Assembly: GCA_027483645.1 (NCBI GenBank)
Contig: JAIXUD010000009.1
Span: forward strand, 116,814-180,813
From: Sphingobacteriales bacterium
GTDB lineage: Bacteria; Bacteroidota; Bacteroidia; Chitinophagales; CAIOSU01
DNA length: 64,000 nucleotides
Direction: 5' to 3'
Under the pieces are notes generated by a model. The model saw nothing but the letters and a program-made list of their open reading frames with translations, was not told the origin of the DNA and ran no database searches. The position numbers and the translations under genes are program-made. Positions 18,397-26,892 of the stretch are shown in pieces (positions within the stretch are counted from its first letter, which is position 1; the number at the start of each line of letters is the position of its first letter).

Positions 18397-21235
18397 ACTC
18401 AAACTTATGCCCCATCTCAATGGCTTTATTGTAGAAATACCTACCGCGTTCAGGGTCGCCTACTTGCGAGTGCAAATCCCACAAAAGCAACACGGTTTTT
18501 AATTCATTAGGGCGTAGGCTGTGGGCCTTTTCAAAGTATGGTATAGCCTCAGCGGGTCGGCCAGATTCTAAGAAAATGGCAGCCATATTCATATAATTAT
18601 CAGGATCGTTTGGAATCATTTTAATGGCTTGCTGGGCAACCTGATAAGCTTTCTCTACATTCCCCATCCTAAAGTAAAGATAGTTGAGATTGGAGTACCC
18701 AGTTGAAACATACGGGTCGGAAGCAATAAACCGCTCATAACTTCTAGCAGCATCTTCGTTTCGGCCCAATTGATCTAAGCATATAGCGTAAGGTAGCAGT
18801 GCTTGCGGTGGAGGTATGGAAACTGCCATAAACTGTTCAAAATAGGCTACCGAGAGCTTACAATCATTTTTAAAGCTATACATGTGCGACAAATCGAACA
18901 AGGCGCTGTGAAACTTCGGTGCCACCGCTAAGGACTGCTTGAGGTATTTTTCGGCAGTAGCAAAATGTTTGGCCTGGTTGCGCTCATCAGCTATCCCTTC
19001 CATCACATAAAAATTGCCTAACAGCTGCTGCGTTTTGGCGGAGTTTGGCGAAATGGCACCATCATGGGTGTATAATGCAAGTTTACTACTCCAATTGGTG
19101 TTTCGGACAACAGTACGTGCCGCATAAAGGCATGTAATAATTGCTACTACTACTAAAAAAGTGGGCTTAAAGTCCTTTATATTTAGCTGCTGCAGGTTTG
19201 GCAATTTGAACAATTTGATAATGCCCCACGCCAAAAGCATACAAAAACCCAATGAGGTTCCAAAAGCTAATCGCTCGGCCACTATACCGGTAATTAATAC
19301 CCCAATATTGGAAATAAACAACAGGCCCAGCAATAGGTAAAGTAATGAAAAACTAAGTATCGCATCGCGCTTATACAGCCAAAAAGCCAATACTAGCAAT
19401 GCTAAGTAACCAAGCGAGCAAAGCCATGCGATAGGGCTGGTGAAATCAACTAATGGTATTTGGTTGTATCCATAGTAAAACCGCAATTTTAGTGGGGCAA
19501 CAAACAGATAGGTATAATAGCCCATAACTTTAGAAGCGGTAGCCAACCGAACGTAAACGTCTTCGCTAGCCACTAATGGGTTTTCTACAAAGTCAACCTG
19601 TCTACCTGCTCCGGGCACTATGTTGGTTACGGTTTTGGTGCCATCGCCATACGGGTCAGGCAGGGCTGCATAGTAAGCCCCTAAATTTTTAGCGTAAATT
19701 GGATTTTCCGGCTGATTAGGATAAATTGTAAGCACGAACAACGTGGCCAGCCCAATACCTGCGAAAGAAGTATAAAACACAAGCGGACGCTTTATCCATG
19801 GCTGCAATAAAAGGTAAGCTCCGCCCAAAAAGTCCATCACCCAAATCAAATAATTGCTTGGTTCCAAATAAAGACCGACCGACCCAAAAAAGAACAAGAA
19901 AAACGGTAAAAAGAACCTGAACTTTTGGCGTTTCTGGAATAGCCCGTAATGGATAAGCGCCAACGAAAATAGAATCGCAACATCCGTTGCAGCTGTTTCC
20001 ACATCATTGATTTCAATAACCAAATATACTAGGGCAACAAATAAAGCCAAGATGGCACTTAACACCCTTGGCAGTCCAATAGTATAACTGTACAAATTGC
20101 TCAGCAATAAACCCATAACTATGAAGGTGAGCATAGCAAAACCAAAATTCGAAAGAGCCACACCAATGGCAAGCAGCACCAACAAAACAGGGTAAGGCTT
20201 TAGGTAATTGGGCAAGAAAAGGGTTGAAAGAAAAACAATCGTTAGGCATAACCACATTACCACGCGCAAATCGAGATATAAAGCCAATAAAGCGCCAAAG
20301 GTGAGCACCAGCAAAGTCGCTAGGGGCAGCCAATCATTTCTAGTAATAGATTTCTGCGTTTTTGCAGGAGTGCTGATGGACAATTGCGGAACTAATAAAC
20401 TTTTAAAAGCGGCCAATAGGGGTTGTGTGACCCCGTTAACACCTTGGGTTGATATCGTTTTAATTATCCACAACACTATAGGAAAACCTATGATAACCGC
20501 AATTAAAACAGCATTAATACCCTTCTCATAAATAGGTGAAAAAAACAGCACCAGCAACATGAGCGGAAACGCTAAGGCAAGCAGGCGTAATAGGCTGGCA
20601 TTGGATAACCAGCATGCCGCCAATGGAATAATTACGGCATAGCTAAGCACCGAACGCTTAGACAGTACAGAGAGTATAATGAGCAGCATAAATAACATGA
20701 ACTCCTTAATCGTACCTTGGCGCGCATACCTTAATGCCCAAAAAAGCGCCGAGATGCCAAAGAGAAAGCTGAAAATTTCATCGCGGTTTTTAATGCTAGC
20801 TACCACTTCGGTATGGATGGGGTGCGCAGCGAAAAGCAAAGTAGCCAATGCGGGAAATAGCCAACCAACATCTGGCTTTAAAGAGCGAAGTACAAACAAT
20901 AACACCATACAAGCCAACCCATACAGCAGGGCATTTATGGCATGGCCTACATTGGGATTGTCGCCAAAGATGGTATGCTCTATGGCAAAGCTAGCCAGCA
21001 CTACCGGGCGGTATTCATAATAGTTGCCTACTTTGTTATCGTAATAGTATGAGCTGAATATTTCTGGAATGGCTTTGATGCCCTTTGAAGTAAGTGGATG
21101 GTTGCGGGTAACTAGTTCATCATCCAGCGCATAACTGTTGGGTATAGTGTTGGCATATAGTAAAAAGGCAAAAAATCCCAATACCAAGGCTATTGCCCAC
21201 CATTGTTTCTCGCCCATCACTTGTGCTGCCTTCAT
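18395..21235 (-). CDS. Polytopic GT-C-type glycosyltransferase-like membrane protein with C-terminal TPR domain (TMTC/PMT-like)
   Basis: The N-terminal loop motif is YALDDELVTRN (DDE codons 21116-21124), followed by YRPVVLASFA. More than 15 hydrophobic helices run through about residue 700. The last ~230 aa are TPR-like repeats. It is the last gene of the glycan operon. Confidence 0.65.
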   Translation of the reverse strand: MKAAQVMGEKQWWAIALVLGFFAFLLYANTIPNSYALDDELVTRNHPLTSKGIKAIPEIFSSYYYDNKVGNYYEYRPVVLASFAIEHTIFGDNPNVGHAINALLYGLACMVLLFVLRSLKPDVGWLFPALATLLFAAHPIHTEVVASIKNRDEIFSFLFGISALFWALRYARQGTIKEFMLFMLLIILSVLSKRSVLSYAVIIPLAACWLSNASLLRLLALAFPLMLLVLFFSPIYEKGINAVLIAVIIGFPIVLWIIKTISTQGVNGVTQPLLAAFKSLLVPQLSISTPAKTQKSITRNDWLPLATLLVLTFGALLALYLDLRVVMWLCLTIVFLSTLFLPNYLKPYPVLLVLLAIGVALSNFGFAMLTFIVMGLLLSNLYSYTIGLPRVLSAILALFVALVYLVIEINDVETAATDVAILFSLALIHYGLFQKRQKFRFFLPFFLFFFGSVGLYLEPSNYLIWVMDFLGGAYLLLQPWIKRPLVFYTSFAGIGLATLFVLTIYPNQPENPIYAKNLGAYYAALPDPYGDGTKTVTNIVPGAGRQVDFVENPLVASEDVYVRLATASKVMGYYTYLFVAPLKLRFYYGYNQIPLVDFTSPIAWLCSLGYLALLVLAFWLYKRDAILSFSLLYLLLGLLFISNIGVLITGIVAERLAFGTSLGFCMLLAWGIIKLFKLPNLQQLNIKDFKPTFLVVVAIITCLYAARTVVRNTNWSSKLALYTHDGAISPNSAKTQQLLGNFYVMEGIADERNQAKHFATAEKYLKQSLAVAPKFHSALFDLSHMYSFKNDCKLSVAYFEQFMAVSIPPPQALLPYAICLDQLGRNEDAARSYERFIASDPYVSTGYSNLNYLYFRMGNVEKAYQVAQQAIKMIPNDPDNYMNMAAIFLESGRPAEAIPYFEKAHSLRPNELKTVLLLWDLHSQVGDPERGRYFYNKAIEMGHKFE

Positions 21236-21287
21236 ACCTGTACAAATATAGGAATTTAGTTGTGGCTATAATGCCTACCATTTCCCA

Positions 21288-22250
21288 TCACAATCTATTC
21301 AGTATCGCTTTGAGCCAATTGTATACGTTGTATCTGCCAACAAAAAGCCACTTACCCAACAGTGAAGCTGGCACCCTTCTATTTGTGACACGCCATACGT
21401 ACTCCGCTTGCGCTACATTAACAGGTGCGGTTTTATCAAGAGGGTCTTTAGGTAATCCGCTTTCTATTTCAAAGCCAACATGGTAACGCAACATTGTGTT
21501 AATGGGTGGTGGGCTTAGTGGCTGTCCATCATGTAATATTACCTCAAACAGGGATAGTTGCAAAGCAAAATGCGTACCGGCATATCCTTTGTTGGTAGTA
21601 AAAGATACCTTGGGATAAACAAAGTACAACTGTTTCTCCAATAAATACTGTACACAAAGTTTCTTCCACGACTGTTTGCCCCAGCGCTGTACATAAACAG
21701 GCAAAAGTTGGTTATCAGCCTGTGAATGGCTTTTCAACCAAGCTTCAAAGCCTTGCCATTGTTTGGCCGTCCATGCTTGCCCCCATGAGGAGGGAAATTG
21801 CATTAAGTAAGCATCCAACCCATCAAGGTACGGTGCAAATGGATAGTAATCGCTTTCTTTAATCTGGTAGCTATATAGGGAGATACCAGCTATAAGTGCT
21901 TCATTTTCATAGGCCTTAAGGGTATCCACCGAAAATTGATAGAAACCTCTTGCCACCTCCAAATCATCTTCTAGCAAAATGATACTACCATATTGCGCTG
22001 TAAGCCCACCACACTCTAGTATATGCGCTTTGAGGCCTAGCCTTGTTGGATGCTTAATTATGGTTTTTTCGCCATAAGGCCATAGTAACTGCTCTGCTAT
22101 TGCAATTACAGCAGCATGGCCTCCCCCATCTATGGATATCACCAGCCGGGCGCTGCCCAAATACTCAGCACTCAGCAAGCTATCCAGCAAGCCTTGCAAG
22201 GCATGTGGCCTATCCCATGCTGCGATAACTATAGTTGGCTGGTTTTTCAT
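21288..22250 (-). CDS. GT-A fold glycosyltransferase resembling the GnT-I (GT13) family
   Basis: The N-terminus is PTIVIAAWDRPHALQGLLDSL. The EDD metal-binding motif sits in ILLEDDLEVARGFYQF (codons 21963-21971), which closely resembles the EDDLEVAPDFF block of animal GnT-I. Its start overlaps the asnB-like stop by 4 nt. Confidence 0.6.
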   Translation of the reverse strand: MKNQPTIVIAAWDRPHALQGLLDSLLSAEYLGSARLVISIDGGGHAAVIAIAEQLLWPYGEKTIIKHPTRLGLKAHILECGGLTAQYGSIILLEDDLEVARGFYQFSVDTLKAYENEALIAGISLYSYQIKESDYYPFAPYLDGLDAYLMQFPSSWGQAWTAKQWQGFEAWLKSHSQADNQLLPVYVQRWGKQSWKKLCVQYLLEKQLYFVYPKVSFTTNKGYAGTHFALQLSLFEVILHDGQPLSPPPINTMLRYHVGFEIESGLPKDPLDKTAPVNVAQAEYVWRVTNRRVPASLLGKWLFVGRYNVYNWLKAILNRL

Positions 22251-24091
22251 GGTTTTTGGGCAGCTCTTTTAAAGAAATGTTCGTGCCAGAGGTATGGTGA
22301 GAGTGCCAGCCATGCTTGCTCGGCATCTTCGTTGGTGGCGATTGGGTTGACCCATAGCTTTTCCAGTTTTTGCTTGGCGATTAGATTGTCAGTTAAATCA
22401 AATTGTGAAAAGCTTTGAGAAGCAATAGTATCTTGCAAAAACGTCTTCCAAGGTCCTCGCAGCCAATCTGCCAAAGGAGCTTGAAAACCAATTTTATCTT
22501 TGCGCTCCACAATACTTTTGGGCAGCCACGGTTGCACCGCAGCGCGCAGCAGTGCTTTGCTATAGCCATTGCGTATCTTGCTCTCCCAAGGTACGGAAAA
22601 GCTAAAAGCGACAAGCTCAGGATCTAAAAACGGCATGCGTATTTCCACCCCCGAGCGCATGGAGAACCTATCGTAATTGCGCAACAGCGTGGGGAATATA
22701 GTGTAATGGAACAACCTGTACAGGGCATAATTATAGTACCCCATCTTGCGGATGGCCTCTCCGTGTAGTTGCTCATCGTGCTTTGTACCAGGTAGCTTTT
22801 CATCAAGCCATTGCTCCTTTATGCGATGGGCCTGCATGAACAAATACCGATGGTTTCCAGTTTTTCGGGCTTTGATGATGCCCCTATCTGGTTGCTGGCC
22901 CTCGTAAGTCTGCAAGATGTCCTTCCACTTACCCGGGTCCAAGCCAGCATCAATCATAGCCAGTAGCATAAAATTGCCATACCCGCTAAACATTTCATCA
23001 GGCCCATGGCCATCCACACTTACATACACCTGCTGCTGTCGATAATGGCGGTACAGCTCCATCATGGGTGATGGCGGTGTGCGAAATATCTCTTCAAAAT
23101 GGTACAAATCGTCGGGTAGCTTCTGTAGTGCGGTTGCCGCATCCAGTGCCACCTCGTGCAGTGGCACCTGTTTTTCGGTAGCCAATAGGCGGGCATACTG
23201 GCTTTCATCTACCCTGCTATTGAGGAACGTGGCCGTGAATGCCTTGCTTAGCCTATCCCCTCCCTGAAGCGCACAAGCTGCGCCCAACACTGCCGACGAA
23301 TCCAAACCTCCACTAATGGCTGCGCCAACCGGCACATCGGCCCGCAAAGTAAGGCCTACCGACTTGGCAAATAACGTTCGGTATTGCACCGCTTGCTCCT
23401 GAAAGGAAGCCGGAGCGTTTACCAAATGTTCCAATGTATCCCAGTATTGCTTCAAGCTTAGTTGCCCGTCCTTAAAAACTCCATAATGCCCAGCGGGGAA
23501 GCGTTTGATGCCTTCTACTAGCGTATCGGCAACGCTTTCATAGCTGTCATATCGCTTCAGCAGTTTCTTCAATTGATGGCTAGGTTGCCAACCATCAGCT
23601 AAAGCCATTAAAGCCTTCATCTCAGACCCAAAGGTAAACGGCCCATGTGCTTGCGAGTAAAACAGGGGCTTCTCGCCAAACCTATCTCGAGCTAAAAAGA
23701 GGGTTTTGTCGTCTTCGTTCCATATCGCGAATGCCCACATCCCCTTAAACTTCAAAAGGCACTGCTTATGCCATTGACGGTAAGCCGCCAGTAGTACTTC
23801 CGTATCGCATTCGGTACGGAAGGTGTGGCCGAAACCCTCAAGCTCTGTTCGCAGCTCACGGTAATTGTATATCTCTCCGTTGAAGGTAATGGTGAGGTTG
23901 CCCAAAGCCATGGGCTGCGCCGCTTCTGGTTTAAGGTCGATAATGGACAACCGTCGATGGCCAAGGGTGACATACTGGCTTGGGTGTTCCCAAATACCTT
24001 CCCCATCAGGCCCGCGGTGGGCCAGCCGGTCAAGCGCCGAGTGAAATCGGCCCCGGTCTATGGATGGTATTATACCCAATATGCCGCACAT
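22247..24091 (-). CDS. asnB: Asparagine synthase (glutamine-hydrolysing) family amidotransferase
   Basis: MCGILGI provides the Cys2 nucleophile of the class II amidotransferase domain. SGGLDSS is the PP-loop. At 614 aa and embedded in a glycan operon, it suggests amidation of a sugar carboxylate rather than Asn synthesis. Confidence 0.85.
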   Translation of the reverse strand: MCGILGIIPSIDRGRFHSALDRLAHRGPDGEGIWEHPSQYVTLGHRRLSIIDLKPEAAQPMALGNLTITFNGEIYNYRELRTELEGFGHTFRTECDTEVLLAAYRQWHKQCLLKFKGMWAFAIWNEDDKTLFLARDRFGEKPLFYSQAHGPFTFGSEMKALMALADGWQPSHQLKKLLKRYDSYESVADTLVEGIKRFPAGHYGVFKDGQLSLKQYWDTLEHLVNAPASFQEQAVQYRTLFAKSVGLTLRADVPVGAAISGGLDSSAVLGAACALQGGDRLSKAFTATFLNSRVDESQYARLLATEKQVPLHEVALDAATALQKLPDDLYHFEEIFRTPPSPMMELYRHYRQQQVYVSVDGHGPDEMFSGYGNFMLLAMIDAGLDPGKWKDILQTYEGQQPDRGIIKARKTGNHRYLFMQAHRIKEQWLDEKLPGTKHDEQLHGEAIRKMGYYNYALYRLFHYTIFPTLLRNYDRFSMRSGVEIRMPFLDPELVAFSFSVPWESKIRNGYSKALLRAAVQPWLPKSIVERKDKIGFQAPLADWLRGPWKTFLQDTIASQSFSQFDLTDNLIAKQKLEKLWVNPIATNEDAEQAWLALSPYLWHEHFFKRAAQKP

Positions 24092-24093
24092 GC

Positions 24094-25191
24094 TTACTCT
24101 GGCTTTAGATGTTTTTCGATTTGCTCCGTTAATATGCGGATATTCTTATCCAATGAGAAATGTTCGGTTATCCTTTTCATGGCGGCAAGGCCCATTTCCT
24201 TGCTCAATTGGGCATCCAGCAGCAGTTTGGTAATGTAACTTGCCATACCATCCACATCTCCCTCGGCCACTAGGTATCCTGTTATACCATCCTCCACAAT
24301 CTCTGGTATGCCAGCATGCAGGGTGCTCACCACGGGCACTCCGCAAGCCCCTGCCTCCATAATAGCCACGGGTGTACCTTCGGTTTCACCATCAGTAGTG
24401 GTCATGGAATGTTGAACAAATACTTGTGCCATTTCCATTTCTTGCGAAACCTGCATCGGCGTAAGCACCCCTAAAAAATGGATGCGGTCGGTCAATTGTA
24501 ATTGCTCCACTTGCCGCTTACAATCAGCCAGCAGCTCCCCTGCCCCACCCATGCGCAAGATGGCATTGGGTATGGTTTCTAACACCTTGGCAAACGCCTT
24601 AATTACCAAATCCGGTCGTTTGGTATTGGCAAACCGGCCGATGGATAATACAATGTGCTCAGTACTGCTACGCTCATGGTATTTAAACAAATTTAAATCG
24701 ACACCGCACGGATTTAATACTAGCTTAGGGTCAGGAGCGCCCCATTCAAAGAGTTTCTTTTTCATGGGCTTTGACACTACAAAAATACTTGAAGCATAAT
24801 CAAACAACTCTTTGTATTTCAATTGATATTGACTCAAAACATCTGCCCGAGTAGCATCAAACCCATGGAAGTAAACCAAAAGCGGAATACCCGCCCGTTT
24901 ACAAACCCGTAGCCAATGTACCCCTACGGGGCCGTACTCTGCCAACACTAGCTTAATGTTCTGTTTGCGGATGGTATCAACCCATTTGTCTTCCAGCCAT
25001 TTGGTGCCGAAGTAAGGCAAGCGGGCTATGAAGCTTGGTAAAAGCATTTTTTGATTAAGCCCATACCCCAAGTATGCACCCCAAGCATAGCTTACCGTAT
25101 AGGGCAAATGCGCCACGTGCTGCCTAATAAAGGTTTCCGAAAACGCTCGCCTGTGAACAGAGGCGACTATAATATGGTTTTGTTGACTCAG
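24094..25191 (-). CDS. GT4-family (GT-B fold) glycosyltransferase; start codon unresolved
   Basis: The C-terminal E-x7-E block is EGTPVAIMEAGACGVPVVSTLHAGIPEIVEDGITGYLV. The N-terminal conserved block is HIIVASVHRRAFSETFI. There is no ATG, GTG or TTG between 25048 and 25316. The 5' limit given here is a CTG codon, and the true start is uncertain. Confidence 0.7.
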   Translation of the reverse strand: MSQQNHIIVASVHRRAFSETFIRQHVAHLPYTVSYAWGAYLGYGLNQKMLLPSFIARLPYFGTKWLEDKWVDTIRKQNIKLVLAEYGPVGVHWLRVCKRAGIPLLVYFHGFDATRADVLSQYQLKYKELFDYASSIFVVSKPMKKKLFEWGAPDPKLVLNPCGVDLNLFKYHERSSTEHIVLSIGRFANTKRPDLVIKAFAKVLETIPNAILRMGGAGELLADCKRQVEQLQLTDRIHFLGVLTPMQVSQEMEMAQVFVQHSMTTTDGETEGTPVAIMEAGACGVPVVSTLHAGIPEIVEDGITGYLVAEGDVDGMASYITKLLLDAQLSKEMGLAAMKRITEHFSLDKNIRILTEQIEKHLKPE

Positions 25192-25224
25192 GGCTGTTGG
25201 ATTGTGGAACCCTGTAAAAATAGG

Positions 25225-25232
25225 TATATTTG
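25225..25232 (+). promoter_or_regulatory. Candidate -7 box TATATTTG for radical SAM gene 1
   Basis: It is a perfect TAnnTTTG, 14 nt upstream of the ATG at 25246. A TTG at 25202-25204 gives a 20-nt spacer. The same octamer recurs upstream of the paralog. Confidence 0.4.
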
Positions 25233-25245
25233 AATGTAATAGCCC

Positions 25246-26844
25246 ATGCTGACGCCTGATATCATAAAAGCCTATAACGCAGTACGTACCGCCGCCGATA
25301 AAAGTGTGCTGTGCCATGCACCGTTTACGAGTATCAACTTCGACCAGTTTGGTAGTATGACGGCCTGTTGCTACAACAAAAAGGAAGTGCTGGGCCGTGT
25401 TCCGCACCAAACGATCAAGGAAGCTTGGCTAAGCCCTACAGCCGAGCAGCTGCGCGCGCGCATGCGAAACAACGATTTGGGTGGGGGCTGCAGCTATTGC
25501 CAAGAACTACTGTTAGCGGGCAATCATCGCGGCACCAAAGCCTACTTTTATGATGAATTTGCCGAGGCACCTGCAACAGGATGGGACAAGGTAATGGCAC
25601 TATTTACCACTAAGAAAGTAGGCTTTCCGAAGGTATTTGAACTAGAGTTAAGCAATACCTGCAACCTAGAGTGCATCATGTGCAATGGGCACTTTTCATC
25701 GAGCATCAAAAAGAACCGAGAGCACCTGCCCGCACAATTGATCCCATATGGACCGGCATTTGTGGACGAGCTGGCCGAGTTTATGCCCTACCTTACCGAT
25801 ATGAAATTTTTGGGTGGAGAGCCTTTTTTGATTGATATTTATTACGACATCTGGGAGCGGATTATTGCTGTAAATCCGAAAATAAAAGTACACATTACTA
25901 CCAATGGCACCGTTCTGAATAACCGTGGTAAAAAGATTTTGGAGCAGTTAAATGTGGCTATTGTGCTTTCAATTGACTCGCTAGATAAAGAGACTTACGA
26001 AGGTATCCGCATCAATGCCAAATACGATAGGCTGATGGAGAACCTAGCCTTCTTTAAAACGCTAGTACAACAGAAGAAGACATATCTCACCTTTACTGTA
26101 TGCCCAATAATACAAAACTGGAAAACCCTTCCGCAATTGCTGCAAGTAGCTAATGAGGATGGCATCAACCTTCACTTTAATACAGTGTGGGCACCCGAAC
26201 AGGTATCTATGCAGTATCTAGATGCGGATACTTTGGCTGAGGTAATTACCTATTTGGAAGCCCACCTGCCCAATAACGTAACTGATCGTAAAGCGGCTAA
26301 CAATATACAGGTGTACCAACAGTACATTGATACTTTGAAGTATTGGCTAGAAGAAAAAAAGCAGCAGCTACCTGACTTAGAGCGCTTTAAGCATGTATCA
26401 CTTAATGCGGAAAACATATTGCCGATATTGCCTGCTGATAGCTTGCTTTCGGCTACCGTGTTATGCTGGTATGCCCAACTAATGCAGCATGGTAAAGGCG
26501 AAAGCTTGGCTGCACAGCTGCCTAATGGCAAAAAAATATTGGAGCTGCTAAGTTTGCCTACAATGCCTGAAGCTATTACCCAATTACGGCTTCAAACAAC
26601 CTCTTGGCAATTTATAATGCAATATATGGAAATGCTGGGCGTACTTGATAAGCTACTGGAGCAAGAAGGAAATGGCCTGTTGCCCCAGCGTATTGCACTG
26701 GTAATGCCCATTTTAATCCGTTCAGCAAAGCAAGACCAAGCCGCTAACGACCTAGCAGTAAATGGAGCGTTTTTACAATTGCGTGTGTTGAAGCAACCAT
26801 CAGAAAAGGCAGTGGTAGACTTGTATGAAAGCCTTTTTGGGTAG
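25246..26844 (+). CDS. Radical SAM enzyme with N-terminal twitch/SPASM-like Cys motif and ~200-aa C-terminal helical extension (paralog 1)
   Basis: The CX3CX2C motif is in ELSNTCNLECIMCNG (Cys139/143/146, nt 25660-25683). Upstream of it are C23-x12-G-x4-C41 and C82-x2-C85. Confidence 0.8.
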   Translation: MLTPDIIKAYNAVRTAADKSVLCHAPFTSINFDQFGSMTACCYNKKEVLGRVPHQTIKEAWLSPTAEQLRARMRNNDLGGGCSYCQELLLAGNHRGTKAYFYDEFAEAPATGWDKVMALFTTKKVGFPKVFELELSNTCNLECIMCNGHFSSSIKKNREHLPAQLIPYGPAFVDELAEFMPYLTDMKFLGGEPFLIDIYYDIWERIIAVNPKIKVHITTNGTVLNNRGKKILEQLNVAIVLSIDSLDKETYEGIRINAKYDRLMENLAFFKTLVQQKKTYLTFTVCPIIQNWKTLPQLLQVANEDGINLHFNTVWAPEQVSMQYLDADTLAEVITYLEAHLPNNVTDRKAANNIQVYQQYIDTLKYWLEEKKQQLPDLERFKHVSLNAENILPILPADSLLSATVLCWYAQLMQHGKGESLAAQLPNGKKILELLSLPTMPEAITQLRLQTTSWQFIMQYMEMLGVLDKLLEQEGNGLLPQRIALVMPILIRSAKQDQAANDLAVNGAFLQLRVLKQPSEKAVVDLYESLFG

Positions 26845-26874
26845 TGCTATTAGAATGCCCACCGCTATTTCCCT

Positions 26875-26882
26875 TATATTTG
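26875..26882 (+). promoter_or_regulatory. Candidate -7 box TATATTTG for radical SAM gene 2
   Basis: It is a perfect TAnnTTTG, 11 nt upstream of the ATG at 26893, in the 48-nt gap after paralog 1. I saw no good -33 element. Confidence 0.3.
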
Positions 26883-26892
26883 ATTACCGAAC

